Source of the DNA: Octopus vulgaris
Lineage: Eukaryota
DNA: 64,000 bases
NCBI GenBank assembly: GCA_951406725.2
Contig: OX597827.1
Span: 5,456,001 to 5,520,000 of the forward strand
Reading direction: 5' to 3'
Shown here one piece after another: positions 1 through 12,449 of this stretch (its first letter is position 1; every line of letters starts with the position of its first letter). The notes beneath the pieces are model-generated. The model did no database searches, had not been told where the DNA came from, and saw only the letters and a program-made list of their open reading frames with translations. A program made the translations under genes and the position numbers.

Positions 1-134
1 CAGTCTTCTCTCTTGCAAACTGCATTAGATTCCTCCTTTGCCCAGCTTTTCCCTCAAAACTCCAACACTCTGTCACACATGTACACTGACGATGTACATC
101 CAGCAGAGTATACTAGCTGTAGAAATGTGTATAT

Positions 135-333
135 GTTTGTGTTCATCCCCTTCACCTTGACAATTAGTGCTCGTTGGTTTGTTTATGTCCCTTTAACTTA
201 GTGGTTAAAAGCCTGATAGAATAAGTATCAAACTTAAAAGTACTGGTGTCAGTTTGTTTGTTTACAACTTTGAAGGTAGCGCTCCAGTATGGCCGCAATC
301 TAATGACTGAAACAAGTAAAAACAAAGATAAAA
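135..333 (+). mobile_element. SINE family A, old diverged 3' half
   Basis: Diverged match to the family A tail (GATAGAATAAGTA...GCTCCAGTATGGCCGCAATC...TGACTGAAACAAGTAAAA). Confidence 0.7.
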
Positions 334-686
334 AACAGTACAGCGAAGAAAATGGTAAAGTACCAAGTACCGAGTAAATGGTGGAGGACTAAGCTAAACA
401 GTAGTACATTTAGAAAATTGGAAACACAGCAGGAAAATGGCAAAGCTTTCTGCAAAATAGCGAAAGGCTAAGAAAAATAAATAGTTGCGCAACAACAACA
501 AAAATGATAAAACACCAAGAACAAAAGCTGGGGCAATAAGAGAATATGGTGAGACAGTAAGGAAAGTGATGAAGATGCACAAAAAACAACAAAATGAGGG
601 AAAGAAATGCTGAAGAAGCAATGAAAATATAACGAAAATGCGAAAAATGTTGAAGTAGAATTTTGCTTCTTCCCTTTTAGACTCAA

Positions 687-1086
687 CTAGCAGTATCGCC
701 CGGCGTTGCTCAGGTTTGTAAGGGAAATAACTATATAAACATTTTTAGAGAGTTATAGCCAAAAAATAGCAAAAAAATGCATTAAAAATGGAAAAAAAAA
801 TGATGGTAAATTTTTTTTTAAATCGTTGACTCATCGTAGACATTTTAGAGAGTTACTTCCTTATATAATAGCGAAAAAATGCATTAAAATGAAAAAAAAT
901 TATGGTAAATTTTTTTTTAAATCGTAGAATCATCGTAGACGCGCGCTAATACCAAGAAGGGCTCGATATGAATCACGACTATAAGATACCCACTTTTGGT
1001 TAAACTGCACCGCAAAATATGGGAGTAGTTAGGAATCTAAATCGTAGGAGACAGACACACAACCTTACTTTTATATATAAAGAAGA
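687..1086 (-). mobile_element. Non-autonomous Helitron (copy 1, with internal ~100 bp tandem duplication)
   Basis: Minus strand starts TC and ends CTAG with a GC-rich subterminal hairpin. Inserted between A and T with no TSD. Same sequence as 43315-43569 and 51809-52111. Confidence 0.85.
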
Positions 1087-1725
1087 TATTCAAATGTTAA
1101 TTTTCTCACTCAGTATTGACAAACTATGTACCAGTAATATATTGAGATTTCAGGAAGTATCACTTGATCATTCAGCCTACTAGAAATAGCAGCCAAATCT
1201 CCTTAAATTGCATTCTGTCATCTTAAAGAAAAGTAAAACGTTAGGTTTTGGATTAAGTGCTCTTACATATTTAGTCAGATAAGAGATAGGATAGGCCTGG
1301 TTGGAACACCTTTGATCATAGGTATGCCTGATCATTGCTATCCTGGGGCTAAATAAGATATAAGTTCTACAAAAAAAAAATATTGACCATACACCTTATC
1401 AAAATAAGTCTAAGTTGTTTTGTTTGATAAGTAAATAAATAATGTAAATGTGAAAAACTGTCTGAGCATGAGTGAATTCAGAAGATGATTGCTGTAATTG
1501 ACTGCTTCAAATACAATATATGTGTGTGTATGTATATATAATGTATATATAATGTATATATATAATGTATATACATGTGTATGTATACATTATATGAATA
1601 TATGTGTGTATACAAACATATATATATTTACATGTATATGTATGTGTGTGTGTTTGTGTGTATAATGAGTATATACATATGCATGTATGTGTGTATAATA
1701 TAATATATATATATATATATACATA

Positions 1726-1762
<37 letters not shown>

Positions 1763-2667
1763 ACACTATTACAATATTCAAACATAAAGTACTTAGATCA
1801 AAGCACAAAAGTTTAAGCCTGGTGGGGACAAGTGGCAATATATACTATTCTGCAGGACTATATATACACACTGAAGAAAAAGAACATGACTTTATACTGC
1901 ATTTGGCTGAATTGATAGATGATGTTGATACAGTTGTGGCGGTGGTGTTGGTGGTGGTGGTGTTGGGAAGAGAAGGATTAAGGAAAAGCTAGTTATTGTG
2001 AAGATAATACAATGCAGTGTTTGGAATGATCTACTTCAAAAGCTTAATTCATAATGCTGAATATATAGTATCTCAATGACATAAGAGGAACATTAAAATA
2101 TGTTTAATATTTCTAGCCCTATATTCATCCTTCTAGATTTATGGAGAGCTTTAATCTTCTTTCAGGAACTTTAAAGCTTCAGTCAACAGAGGAAGGAAGG
2201 ACTTAGCTTTTGTCTTCCTTTTCCTTTTATAAAAGGAGTATGCATCAGAAAGTGACTGGAAAACCTCATCTGACAATTAGAGATTAGAACTTGTATTTTT
2301 TGGCTGCTTAGTTGCCTTAGTGCTTAAATCACGCAACAAAGAAAGTAAGCATTTTTCAAGATATCATAGAAAAGGAATATAATAATCCAGGTAGCAGTAT
2401 CAATTGTACACACTGCGCATAAGATTAGGTAAGAATGAGCGAATGAATTAGATTTCTTATATTCCTTTTTCGTTTGTTTGTTTTGTTTCCTGGAAGCCAG
2501 GTTTGATTAGTACAGCTAATATATACTTAGAAGATGTAGTAATTTAGAATTAGGGGAGGAAATAATAGAAAATCACTTCTTAAGTGTTGCCATGTTATAG
2601 AGGAATGGTTAGACCTTCTCTTCAGTAAAGTATGTAAGAAAGGGGCTGGAATTTCTGTGGAAATAGA

Positions 2668-2795
2668 TTCATTCTTTAGGGGGTTGATAAAAAAAGTAAC
2701 AGTTGAGCTCTGGGGTTGTTGTAATCGACTAAATCACTCCCCTCAAATTCCAGGCCTTGTACTATAGTAGAAAGGACTGTTTAGTTATGTCTAGG
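2668..2795 (+). repeat. Inverted duplicate of 3410-3538 (SINE family B fragment plus unique flank)
   Basis: Near-identical reverse complement of 3410-3538, including the non-SINE flank TTTAGTTATGTCTAGG. Confidence 0.85.
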
Positions 2796-3190
2796 ACTGT
2801 GGAGTGGCTGTGTGGTAAGTAGCTTGCTAACCAGCCACATGGTTCCGGGTTCAGTCCCACTGCGTGGCACCTTGGGCAAGTGTCTTCTGCTATAGCCCCG
2901 GGCCGACCAATGCCTTGTGAGTGGATTTGGTAGACGGAAACTGAAAGAAGCTTGTATATGTATATATATATATGTATGTGTGTGTGTGTTTGTGTGTCTG
3001 TGTTTGTCTCCCTAGCATTGCTTAACAGCCGATGCTGGTGTGTTTACATCCCCGTCACTTAGCGGTTCGGCAAAAGAGACCGATAGAATAATACTGGGCT
3101 TACAAAGAATAAGTCCCGGGGTCGATTTCCTCGACTAAAGGCGGTGCTCCAGCATGGCCACAGTCAAATGACTGAAACAAGTAAAAGAGT
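2794..3190 (+). mobile_element. SINE family A (tRNA-derived, probably octopus OK-type), full length
   Basis: A-box-like TGGCTGTGTGG, B-box GGTTCAGTCC, CORE-like CCTTGGGCAAGT, internal (TA)n(TG)n and an AAAAGAGT tail. More than 20 copies or fragments in the window. The family name is recalled, not verified. Confidence 0.9.
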
Positions 3191-3425
3191 ATATATCCAT
3201 CCCTCATAAGAGTTTGAAAGTGATGAAAGAAATGGTAGACAACTGAATGGCACTGGTAGACAACTTCGATCCCAGTAGGAGACTGATGCTATATTTCATC
3301 AACACTTCAGAAAGGGTGAAAGGCAGAGTTAAACTCAGCAAAATTTGAACTTTGACCACAAAAATATGCCATCTTGTTTCATGCTATAATGATTCTACCA
3401 ATCCGCTGCCCTAGACATAACTAAA

Positions 3426-3622
3426 CAGTCCTTTCTACTATAGTACAAGGCCTGGAATTTGAGGGGAGGGATTTAGTCGATTACAACGATCCCAGTGCTC
3501 AACTGTTACTTTTTTTTATCAACCCCCAAAAGAATGAAAACCAAAGTCAACTGTTGTGGAATTCGGAATCAGAATATAAAGCATTTTGCCCAGTGTGTTA
3601 AGGATTCTGCCAGCTTGCTACC
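3426..3622 (-). mobile_element. SINE family B (Deu/Nin-domain-like)
   Basis: Reverse complement has the GGYRGCRAGCTGGCAGAA head and a GTTGACTTTG..TTTCATTCTTTT.GGGGTTGATAAA..AAGTA block resembling the Deu/Nin central domain. Older neighbours lie at about 3240-3410 and 3700-3920. Confidence 0.75.
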
Positions 3623-4687
3623 TTGCCACAACTAAATAATACAAGGCATTTTGTCAAACACTTTGTTTCTTCCAAATGCACGCCTTTGGTAAAATGATAC
3701 TGATTTCTAATGTAAATATAAGACTTTAAATTTTAGAGTGAGAGTGAGATAGAGTATAGTTGATTGATCCAATCCCATTTCTTGCATAGTGATTATTTTA
3801 TCAACCCTCAGCAAAATGAAAAACAAAGTCAAATTTGGCACAATTTGAACTTAGAAAGTAAAGGGCCACAATTGAATGCTGTAAGGTATTGTGTTTTGTC
3901 TGATGTTCGAACAATTCTGCTCTTTTGTAATATAATATAGAATATTATACAAAATTGTATGATATTCTATAGAAAGCATGGCACAGCATATTTATAAATG
4001 TAAATCAGAATTTACAAATACTTAAAATAAATTTTGGCTGCTAGCATGTTAAAATGGATGCTATTATGTTGATGCTAGATAAATGATTACATTCTTGAGA
4101 TTGACAAAGAAGTGCTGTAGATTATTTGATAAATTATGACAACAATTCTGCCCTTGACAATGTGCTTAGCTTCACCTACTGTGAAATGCATTAAAAATTG
4201 CATCCAATCATATGACATTTATTTTGTAGAGTTAATTAGCATTAGAATTTTAGTCAGCAATATTTACCCAAACCATGCACAAATGGCAAAACATATCTGT
4301 TAAACCTCATAATTTTGAAGTTCAACTTTAGGATGCCTGCTACTTAGGGATTGCAATTTGAATAAATTTAAAATGTTGCATATATAAAAGAGTGATCCTT
4401 TTTATTCCAAGGTAGATCTATTGACGAAAATGGTTTCCTTAAAGGTTAAGAGCAATGTAGAGCTTTAACTGCATCCATATAAATTGAAGTAATATTAACC
4501 TATCATACACCAAATCTAATAGCATTAGATTGATAAAAGGATTCTTCTGAATTTTTGCATTTGCTTACAAATAGTGTTTAGAAGCACGTGGTTGCTTGAC
4601 TGGTGACCACAGCTGCTGCTGCTGCTGCAGTTTATTGTTGCTTTTGGAGTATGAGAGAGAGAGAGAGTGAGAGACTACAACTATAAG

Positions 4688-4699
4688 ATGACAGACAAG
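4688..4699 (+). CDS. Candidate first coding micro-exon (Met-Thr-Asp-Lys) of an unidentified host gene
   Basis: AAG ATG ACA GAC AAG|GTGAGC: purine at -3 and a strong donor. Preceded by a (CTG)n/(GA)n leader and CACGTG at 4585-4590 in a transposon-poor block. No downstream exon identified. Confidence 0.3.
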
Positions 4700-4852
4700 G
4701 TGAGCAGTCTCCTTCAGGGGACAGAGTGGCTTCATGGTTTGTTACTTATAACCAGTTTGTTATTTTTCCTTATCTTCTTGGGTCTGTTTCCTATGAATGG
4801 AAAACTGTATTGTTTATATATTTCCATACAATCCATTTAATTGAACTTTCCT

Positions 4853-4906
4853 ATAGTTGCATATTGCACTATTTCATCCTTATTCTAGGCTCATCAGTAC
4901 AACATA
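4853..4906 (-). ncRNA. Type I hammerhead ribozyme motif, partly decayed
   Basis: Minus strand GUUGUA-CUGAUGA-GCCUAGAAUAAGGAU-GAAA-UAGUGCAA-UA-UGCAAC: 6-bp stem I, canonical core, CCU/AGG stem II, imperfect stem III. Confidence 0.6.
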
Positions 4907-6240
4907 ACATGAGAACTTGAAATTAGTTAGACTATTTCATTTGAAAGGTAATATCAGGAAGCTCTTTCATTAGAATAAAAATCATAATAATGTCAATGAC
5001 ATGTTTTATTGTTTCCTTCTCTTCCGTCCATTTAATTCTAACTAAATAAATATGTATATACAGACAAATCATAATCTATTTGACTTGTGCTTGAAAAAAA
5101 TTAATTTGAGTGAACAAAGTCAAGGAGAAAATAATATTATTAATGAGAAAAATCTCTTTATCACTTTTATCTGCTGTTGTTCTGCTAGTTCCTAGTGTGG
5201 TTTTAGATCAGAAATCATAGGCTGTGAAACAGAATTAGGACAGACTAATAAATTTTGTTCATTGCTGGTAAAAAGTCGAATTTGTCTGTTGGTGATATAT
5301 CATGTAAGGTGCAATGAAATGGAAATTTTCATAGTTAGTCTTTGAAATCATGCATAACAATATATATATATACATATATATATATATAGGTAGCGAGTGA
5401 GTGTGTGTATGTGTACATACATATGAATATGAATATATTTACGTATACATATTCATATATACATGCACACACACACACATATTTATACACACACATATAT
5501 GTGTATATGTATGCATTTTTTCCCTCTCCACAACAGGTCTTGCATATAGAATTCAACTGAGCATATCTTTTTCTTTCTCTGTAGTATCTTAAATAATCAC
5601 AAAATTATTTACTTAGCTTCTCCCAATTTTGTGTACTGCTTCTTGCATTAGTATAATTTTATTGTTCATTGAAAAGATCGAAAATAAAATGATTATAGTC
5701 CATTACTAAAGTTGATAATTGCTTATAGAAAATAGTAGAAAGACATAAATTGAAACAATTTAGCTTGATAGAATAAAACTAACTGGAAGAAAACTGGTTG
5801 AACAAAGTTGATAAATTATTTGATATCTTTTTTATATTATGTTACCAAAGATAATATAATCGGTTTTAGTTTGAAAAACTTCTATGATTTCACAATATGT
5901 GAATTTCAGCCTTGAATACAAAGAATTTCAACATTGATAAAACATTAGTTTGGAAGACTTGAGGTGTGATACAAACTCATCAATTATACTTGAGTTTTCA
6001 ATCTAGTTTCTGTTTTATTTTGACGCTTCTCAAATATTATAACCCAAAATTATCAAAAATTCTGCAAATGAATTCTATATTCAAGCAATTTTTTTAATAA
6101 TTAGTGTCAAAAGACTTGCCAAAACATTCAACGAAAAACTTAGGAAAACCTTTCTGAAGTTATCAACTACTAAACAAGATTTACTTACTATTCACTGAAG
6201 CAAAGTATCTAAAGTGAAATACAAATAATAATAATAATAA

Positions 6241-6492
6241 CATCCTAAAGCAACCCTTATTCAGGGACCTTTTGAGCAGGATGGGCTACTCGACCTGAAG
6301 AAAATTCTAACTGGGCCCCACCTGCAAGGTCATGTGCTGTTTATCTTGATATGAGATCACCATGTCGCGCACATATGGTTGTGATGCATGTGCCTAGTGT
6401 ACCCTTATCAGACGGGTAGTCATAATGGGTATGCTGGGCTTCGTATATTTCACCCCAGTGTCACTTTGATGGCATGCACTGCTCTCTCACTC
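6241..6492 (+). mobile_element. 3' end of a non-LTR retroelement embedded in (AAT)n
   Basis: GC-richer ~250 bp block flanked by (AAT)n on both sides, with a long (AAT)n tail at 6493-6565. No ORF. Clade not determined. Confidence 0.55.
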
Positions 6493-6554
<62 letters not shown>

Positions 6555-6565
6555 TAATAATAATG

Positions 6566-6745
6566 ATTCTTTCTAATTTTTAGTACAAGGTCAGCAATAT
6601 TAAAATATTAGGGGAGAGGCAAGCTGATTGCATGAACCCCAGTAACTGACTGATACTTTATTTTATTAATCCTGGAAAGATGAAAGGCAAAACTAACCCT
6701 GGTGAGATTTTCAGCTCAGAATGTAAAGCTCAAGAAGTACCACTA
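6566..6745 (-). mobile_element. SINE family B, old copy
   Basis: CCCCAGTAACTGACTGATACTTTATTTTAT...GATGAAAGGCAAA matches family B. Confidence 0.6.
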
Positions 6746-6880
6746 AATACCTGAATACTACACTCTTTGATCAACTCAGATTATAACTTAAAATCCATAA
6801 TTATACAATTTACCTGCTGTTTTCTCTTAACAAACCCTTTTTCCTACCACTTCATGCAACATTTAAGAATATTCAGATAT

Positions 6881-7085
6881 CTTTTTATCTTCTAGTTGTT
6901 TCAGTCATTAGACTGTGGCCATGCTGGGGCACCACCTTGAAGTTTTAGGTGAATGAATCGACCAGCAGTGCATTCATTATTTTAAGCCTGGTATTTACTC
7001 TATCAGTCTCTGTTGCTAAACCACTAAGTTATGGGGACATAAACACACCATCAGTGGTTGTCAAGTGGTAGACAAACACAGACAC

Positions 7086-7132
<47 letters not shown>

Positions 7133-7292
7133 TGGGCTTCTTTTAGTTTCCAACTATCAAATCCATTCACAAGGCCTTCATTGGCCCAAGATTATAGTAG
7201 AAGACATTTTCCCACGATGCCATACAGAAGGATTGAACCCGGAACCATGTGGCTGGGAAGCAAGCTTCTTATGATGCAACCACTCTTATGCC
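6881..7292 (-). mobile_element. SINE family A, older subfamily
   Basis: Full-length reverse copy with an internal (CA)n. Confidence 0.8.
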
Positions 7293-7707
7293 TTTTCCAT
7301 TCATATCTTCCACTGAAAATTTATTAAATGGATGACACCATGTTAACAATCTCAAATAAACATCTTGTCCTGTCAATCTACTTCACAATTATAAAATACA
7401 TCTTCAGATTGTTTTATTTCGTTCTTGTTTAACACTCATAGCATCAAAATAGCTGAATCAGCACCAAAAAAATTTGCCTGAATCTTATATGATTACGAGA
7501 CATTTTAATATTGAGCTGTCTTATAAAATTCTGTTGAGATGTCTTCAAAATTCTGTTTCACCTTTTGCTAACTGCAGAATGTTCTACCATAGAGAACAAT
7601 TAACTAAGATAACACATTAATAGCGGAACTTGCATGGGGTCAGTATAAGCATCATTTTCTCAAAATTTGTGTCAAAACAATGATTCAAGCTATCTAATGT
7701 TGGGGGG

Positions 7708-7744
7708 GGGGGACAAACACAAACACATAAACACACACACACAC

Positions 7745-7785
<41 letters not shown>

Positions 7786-7952
7786 CATATGACGGGTTTC
7801 TTTCAGTTTCCATCTACCAAATCCACTCACAAGGTTTTCGTCAGCCTGAGGCTATAGTAGAAGACATGTGCCCAAGGTGCCACACAGTGGGACTGAACCC
7901 AGAACCATGTGGTTCATAAGCAAGCTACTTACCACACAGCCACTCCTGCACC
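7708..7952 (-). mobile_element. SINE family A, 5' half
   Basis: Reverse complement of the head, CORE-like block and microsatellite. Confidence 0.85.
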
Positions 7953-8252
7953 ATGGGCAAAAGTTTTCTATTTTGGGGTTGGGATAACCAATGCGTTTTG
8001 AGTAGAATCTTCTAGGCAGTTTTAAATTTCAGATGAAAAAAATCCATCAATATTTTATGTAAAATATGAGCATCCTATTTGCTTCATTGTTGACCTTCCT
8101 TTACATTATAGTGATTTCATAAGTAACCATATACTTAAAATAGAAATGAAAATTTAAACAAGGAGAACTCAGTTCTTGGATAATGGTAATTTTTGTATCT
8201 AAATACAAACTTATTTCCTACCAGACAGGAGTCTGTATTATCTTGATATATG

Positions 8253-8288
<36 letters not shown>

Positions 8289-8338
8289 TGTATGTATGTA
8301 TGTATGTATGTATGTATGTATGTATGTATGTATGTATG

Positions 8339-8387
<49 letters not shown>

Positions 8388-10046
8388 TCATGTATATATA
8401 TACATATCTAGATATATACATACCCCACACACACACACACTCACATGCACACACACACACATATAACGTATACACAATGCCATTCAAGATATTTTCTGAG
8501 CGATAGGTATTCTATTTACATGTTCTTTTTGTTTTTTTTTGTTTTTTTTATAAGTATTTACCTAAATATGACATTTTAAAATATCTTCTAAACCAAAAAA
8601 AAAAAATAGTTTAAATATTTTCTGAATGGTACAATTTCTAAACTCATTGTTAATAAATACACCAAACATATATCTTTCTCAGGAAAACAAACAACATAAG
8701 TTTCCTACATTTTTATTGATTTACAATTCAAGAAATACAAATTTTTAAAAAAAAAAAGGATGAATTGAAGACATTTCTGTATATAATAAAAAAAATCATA
8801 ATCTAATGGAGGAATCATAGATTTCTTGATTCTGAGAAAATCCTTATAGATATATCAAAATGATATATATAAATAAAAGACCCTGACTTTCAACTCCTTA
8901 GAATGGTACTGAAGTTTTATAAAGCAATATTTATGTAGAAATATGATTATATGAAAATAATCAAATAATTTGAAATTTTATATTTTGCCTTTCATAATGT
9001 TTATTTCTTTTTTTTTTTACAATATTTTTAATTTCATGTTTTGCTTATGTTTTTGTTCAATGAGGAAGATTGTTGCCCATAGCTATTAAAGAAATCACAA
9101 AGTAGAAAGTGAGATGGCAGAAGATTATAACAGTTTATACAAAAAAAGCATAAAAATAAAACAATAGAAAATGATAATGTGTCATGAGGAGTAAATAATT
9201 TTAGTATTTGCTTGATAAAATAAAGTTTCAGCTAAGTACTGTAGCTGACTTATTTGATTGTACTCTCTCTGTACTAGATTTAGTAAGAAATGTAATCTAT
9301 TTTTAAAAATATTGTTTAACAGATATTTGTCAACACAAATGAATCACACAAGGCCAAATCTGTTCCGTTTCACTCACAGATTTTTTAATCAATTCTTTTT
9401 AACTAAACAGTTTGAAACTTCGTATACTGGAGTAATTTCTTACGGTGAACACAGTTCACTCTCACCATTTTTGACAAAATTTCATATTTTAGAAGTTATT
9501 TCGTGTTAAAGTTGTCGTATTTAGGTAATTTTAACCAATCACTGATGTATATTCAGTTGAAGAAAGCTACTGCTGTTTGTGACAGTACTTGAAGAGCAAC
9601 AACTTCTGGGTCATCTTTACTAAATGAATAAAAAAAATATGTGATCAAAACTCAACAGATCCCACTAGCCTTCTCGGATACTTTTAATTGATTTTTTTTT
9701 TCTCTTGTATAGGGGTTCACACTTGTTTTCTTTTTGAAATTAAGGAAATATGTAGACAAATAAGAATTTCCAAACTAATACAATTTTAATAGGAGATAGG
9801 GCAATGAAATAGTAAAACATTAAAACGTGAGTATAAGTAGTTAATGATGAATTAAATTACTGACAGAATTGTGTCATTTTCTTTTTTCTGTTGATATTGT
9901 GTTGAGAATTGAAAAAATATAGAACACTCTCCCATCAATCACAGAAAAATTAACTGGAATTTCTAAGTATTTAGAATTTCTAATCAGATAAGGTAAAGGT
10001 TAGAAGTTAGCTTATCATAAAATTCTAGGGATGTATGGAAATAATT

Positions 10047-10355
10047 GTGGAGGCGCAATGGCCCAGTGGTTAGGGCAGTGAACTCGTGGTCAGAGGAATG
10101 TGGTTTCGATTCCCAGACCGGCCGTTGTGTGTGTTTATTGAGCAAAAACACCTAAAGCACCATGAGGCTCCAGCAGGGGGTGGTGGTGACCCCTGTTGTA
10201 ATCTTTTGCCATAACTTTCTCTCACTCTCTCTTCCTGTTTCTTGAGTAACGCTGCAATAGACTGGCATCCCGTCCAGCTGGGGGGAACACATATACCACA
10301 GAAACTGGGAAACCGGGCCCATGAGCCTGGCTAGGCTTGAAAAGGGCAACGTTTA
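10047..10355 (+). mobile_element. SINE family C (tRNA-derived, OR-like), tail type 1
   Basis: GGAGGCGCAATGGCCCAGTGGTTAGG A-box and GGTTTCGATTCC B-box. Head shared with the copies at 15241, 50687(-) and 56019. Confidence 0.85.
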
Positions 10356-10873
10356 TCATTATTGAAATAATTATATTTGATATTTATTGTCCTGTTCTTG
10401 CTTCTTAGAATAGCTATTATAATTCACCTATTCACTACTGTGAGCAAAACAGTGTACATTTCAATGAAGGTGGGACCGGGTAATGGAGAGTCAAAATGAT
10501 TGTACCTATTCAGGACAAGATTCTTGGGTTTCTTTGCAGGTCCTTGTGTATGTCACCTACCTCTGAGTAACATTCTGTATAGTAGCAAACTGTACCACAG
10601 CTTGTTCCAGTTGTTATAACATCATTTGAGAGATAATGTTTTCTCTGAGTTAGGAATTTTGATTTATTGAAATTGTCCTCAAAATATTTCAACAAAACAC
10701 AAAACACGAATAAATCAAATACATAACAAAACCTACTCATTGTGCTTATTTTTAGCTAAGTTGAGGGGGCTTTTGAGAATTTTTGAAAATTAATTACAAA
10801 TAAAGTATAACAATACATTCACATGACACCTGTTTGATGCAAAAGATACAAGGCTATTGAGAACTATTCAGAA

Positions 10874-11083
10874 TTTACTCTTTTACTTGTTTCAGTAATT
10901 TGACTGCGGCCATGCTGGAGCACCGCCTTTAATCGAGCAACTCGACCCCGGGACTTATTCTTTTGTAAGCCCAGTACTTATTCTATCGGTCTCATTTACC
11001 GAACCGCCAAGTAACGGAGACATAAACACACCAGCATTGGTTGTCAAGCAATGCTAGGGGGACAAACACAGACACACAAACAT

Positions 11084-11116
<33 letters not shown>

Positions 11117-11287
11117 CATATATACGACGGGCTTCTTTCAGTTTCCGTCTACCAAATCCACTCACAAGGCTTTGGTCAGCCCGAGGCTACAGTAGAAGAC
11201 ACTTGCCCAAGGTGCCACGCAGTGGGACTGAACCCGGAACTATGTGGTTGGTAAGCAAGCTACTTACCACACAGCCGCTCCTGCGCC
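10874..11287 (-). mobile_element. SINE family A, full length
   Basis: Close reverse match to the other young copies. Confidence 0.9.
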
Positions 11288-11555
11288 TACAAATCAAAGA
11301 TACATACACAGTGAATCTTTGACAAACTTGAGTCCCATTAACCTGGATATTAAATAAACTAGACTAATCAAAAAGAAGAGACAGACTGATAGTGTTGACT
11401 TCAGTGACCATCTTTGAGTATCTGCAGGATGGGAGCATATATTCCGGGTATGATATATGAGCGTGGTACACTTACTGAAAATGGTAAATCCATCGTAAAT
11501 ATTAAGCTCAATCATTAATATAATAATGGATCATAATGAGAGGTTATTTTTTCCG

Positions 11556-11768
11556 TTTGTGTGTCTGTGTTTGTGCCCCTAGCATTGCTTGACAACCGAT
11601 GCTGGTGTGTGTTTACGTCCCCGTCACTTAGCGGTTCGGCAAAAGAGACCGATAGAATAAGTACTGGGCTTACAAAGAATAAGTCCCAGGGTCGATTTGC
11701 TCGACTAAAGGCAGTGCTCCAGCATGGCCGCAGTCAAATGACTGAAACAAGTAAAAGGGTAAAAGAGT
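11556..11768 (+). mobile_element. SINE family A, 3' half
   Basis: Starts at the (TG) linker and ends AAAAGAGT. Confidence 0.9.
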
Positions 11769-12449
11769 ATTGTGGCAGTTGTTTTGGGATGCCCAGCGTA
11801 CACTACTTGTTGGATCCTGATATGTACTGAGCACATGACAAGATTACAGAAGAGTGACAAAAGTTAGAGTTGAAGGTGACATTGCACTAGTACACTATTA
11901 ATTTGTTTTTACACTTTCCTTAAGAAATGTATCTTTTTCTTTCTTGTAGTTTGCACTTACCCCTAACTAATTAACCTCTTGATTCACCTGTTTTTTTAAT
12001 TCATTCACCTTTCCTCTCCTCTCAGTATATTGAGGCAGTTGCTTATATAAGACATCTTGGTGAGATGTAGTTATAAATTCATTGAAAATTTATTAACTGA
12101 AGAAACTGGTTTTCTTTACAATTATTATGATTTTGTGACATAATGATATAATCTGGCTCTAATTATTATCAAATCTGATTGTACGTACTCAGTAACAAAG
12201 AAATAGCCAAACGTTTGTATGTTTCTTTCTGAGTTATAATACTGATGTCATACTATTAAGTTCAACTTGGTAATGCTTAGCACATTGAAAATAACCACTA
12301 GTTGTAACACAATACAACTAGTGTTGCCTTGAAGTTTTAATATTTCACTAATTAGGCATCGTATTTTAAATCATGGTTTCAACAGAGAGTAATAATCTAA
12401 AGACTGAGCATATAACTCTATCTGTGATCCCAAAATTTGAGCTTATAAG

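Noticed and set aside
80-135. CTGACGA...GAAA hammerhead-like order
   Set aside because: Stems I and III and the cleavage site cannot be formed convincingly.
10510-10740. Minus ORF with KHYLSND...TECYSEVGDIH, faintly like a mariner C-terminus
   Set aside because: Too few conserved residues and no TIR or upstream catalytic motif.
11041-11322. Recurrent peptides such as [18 protein letters not shown]
   Set aside because: Antisense translation of SINE family A, not a gene family.
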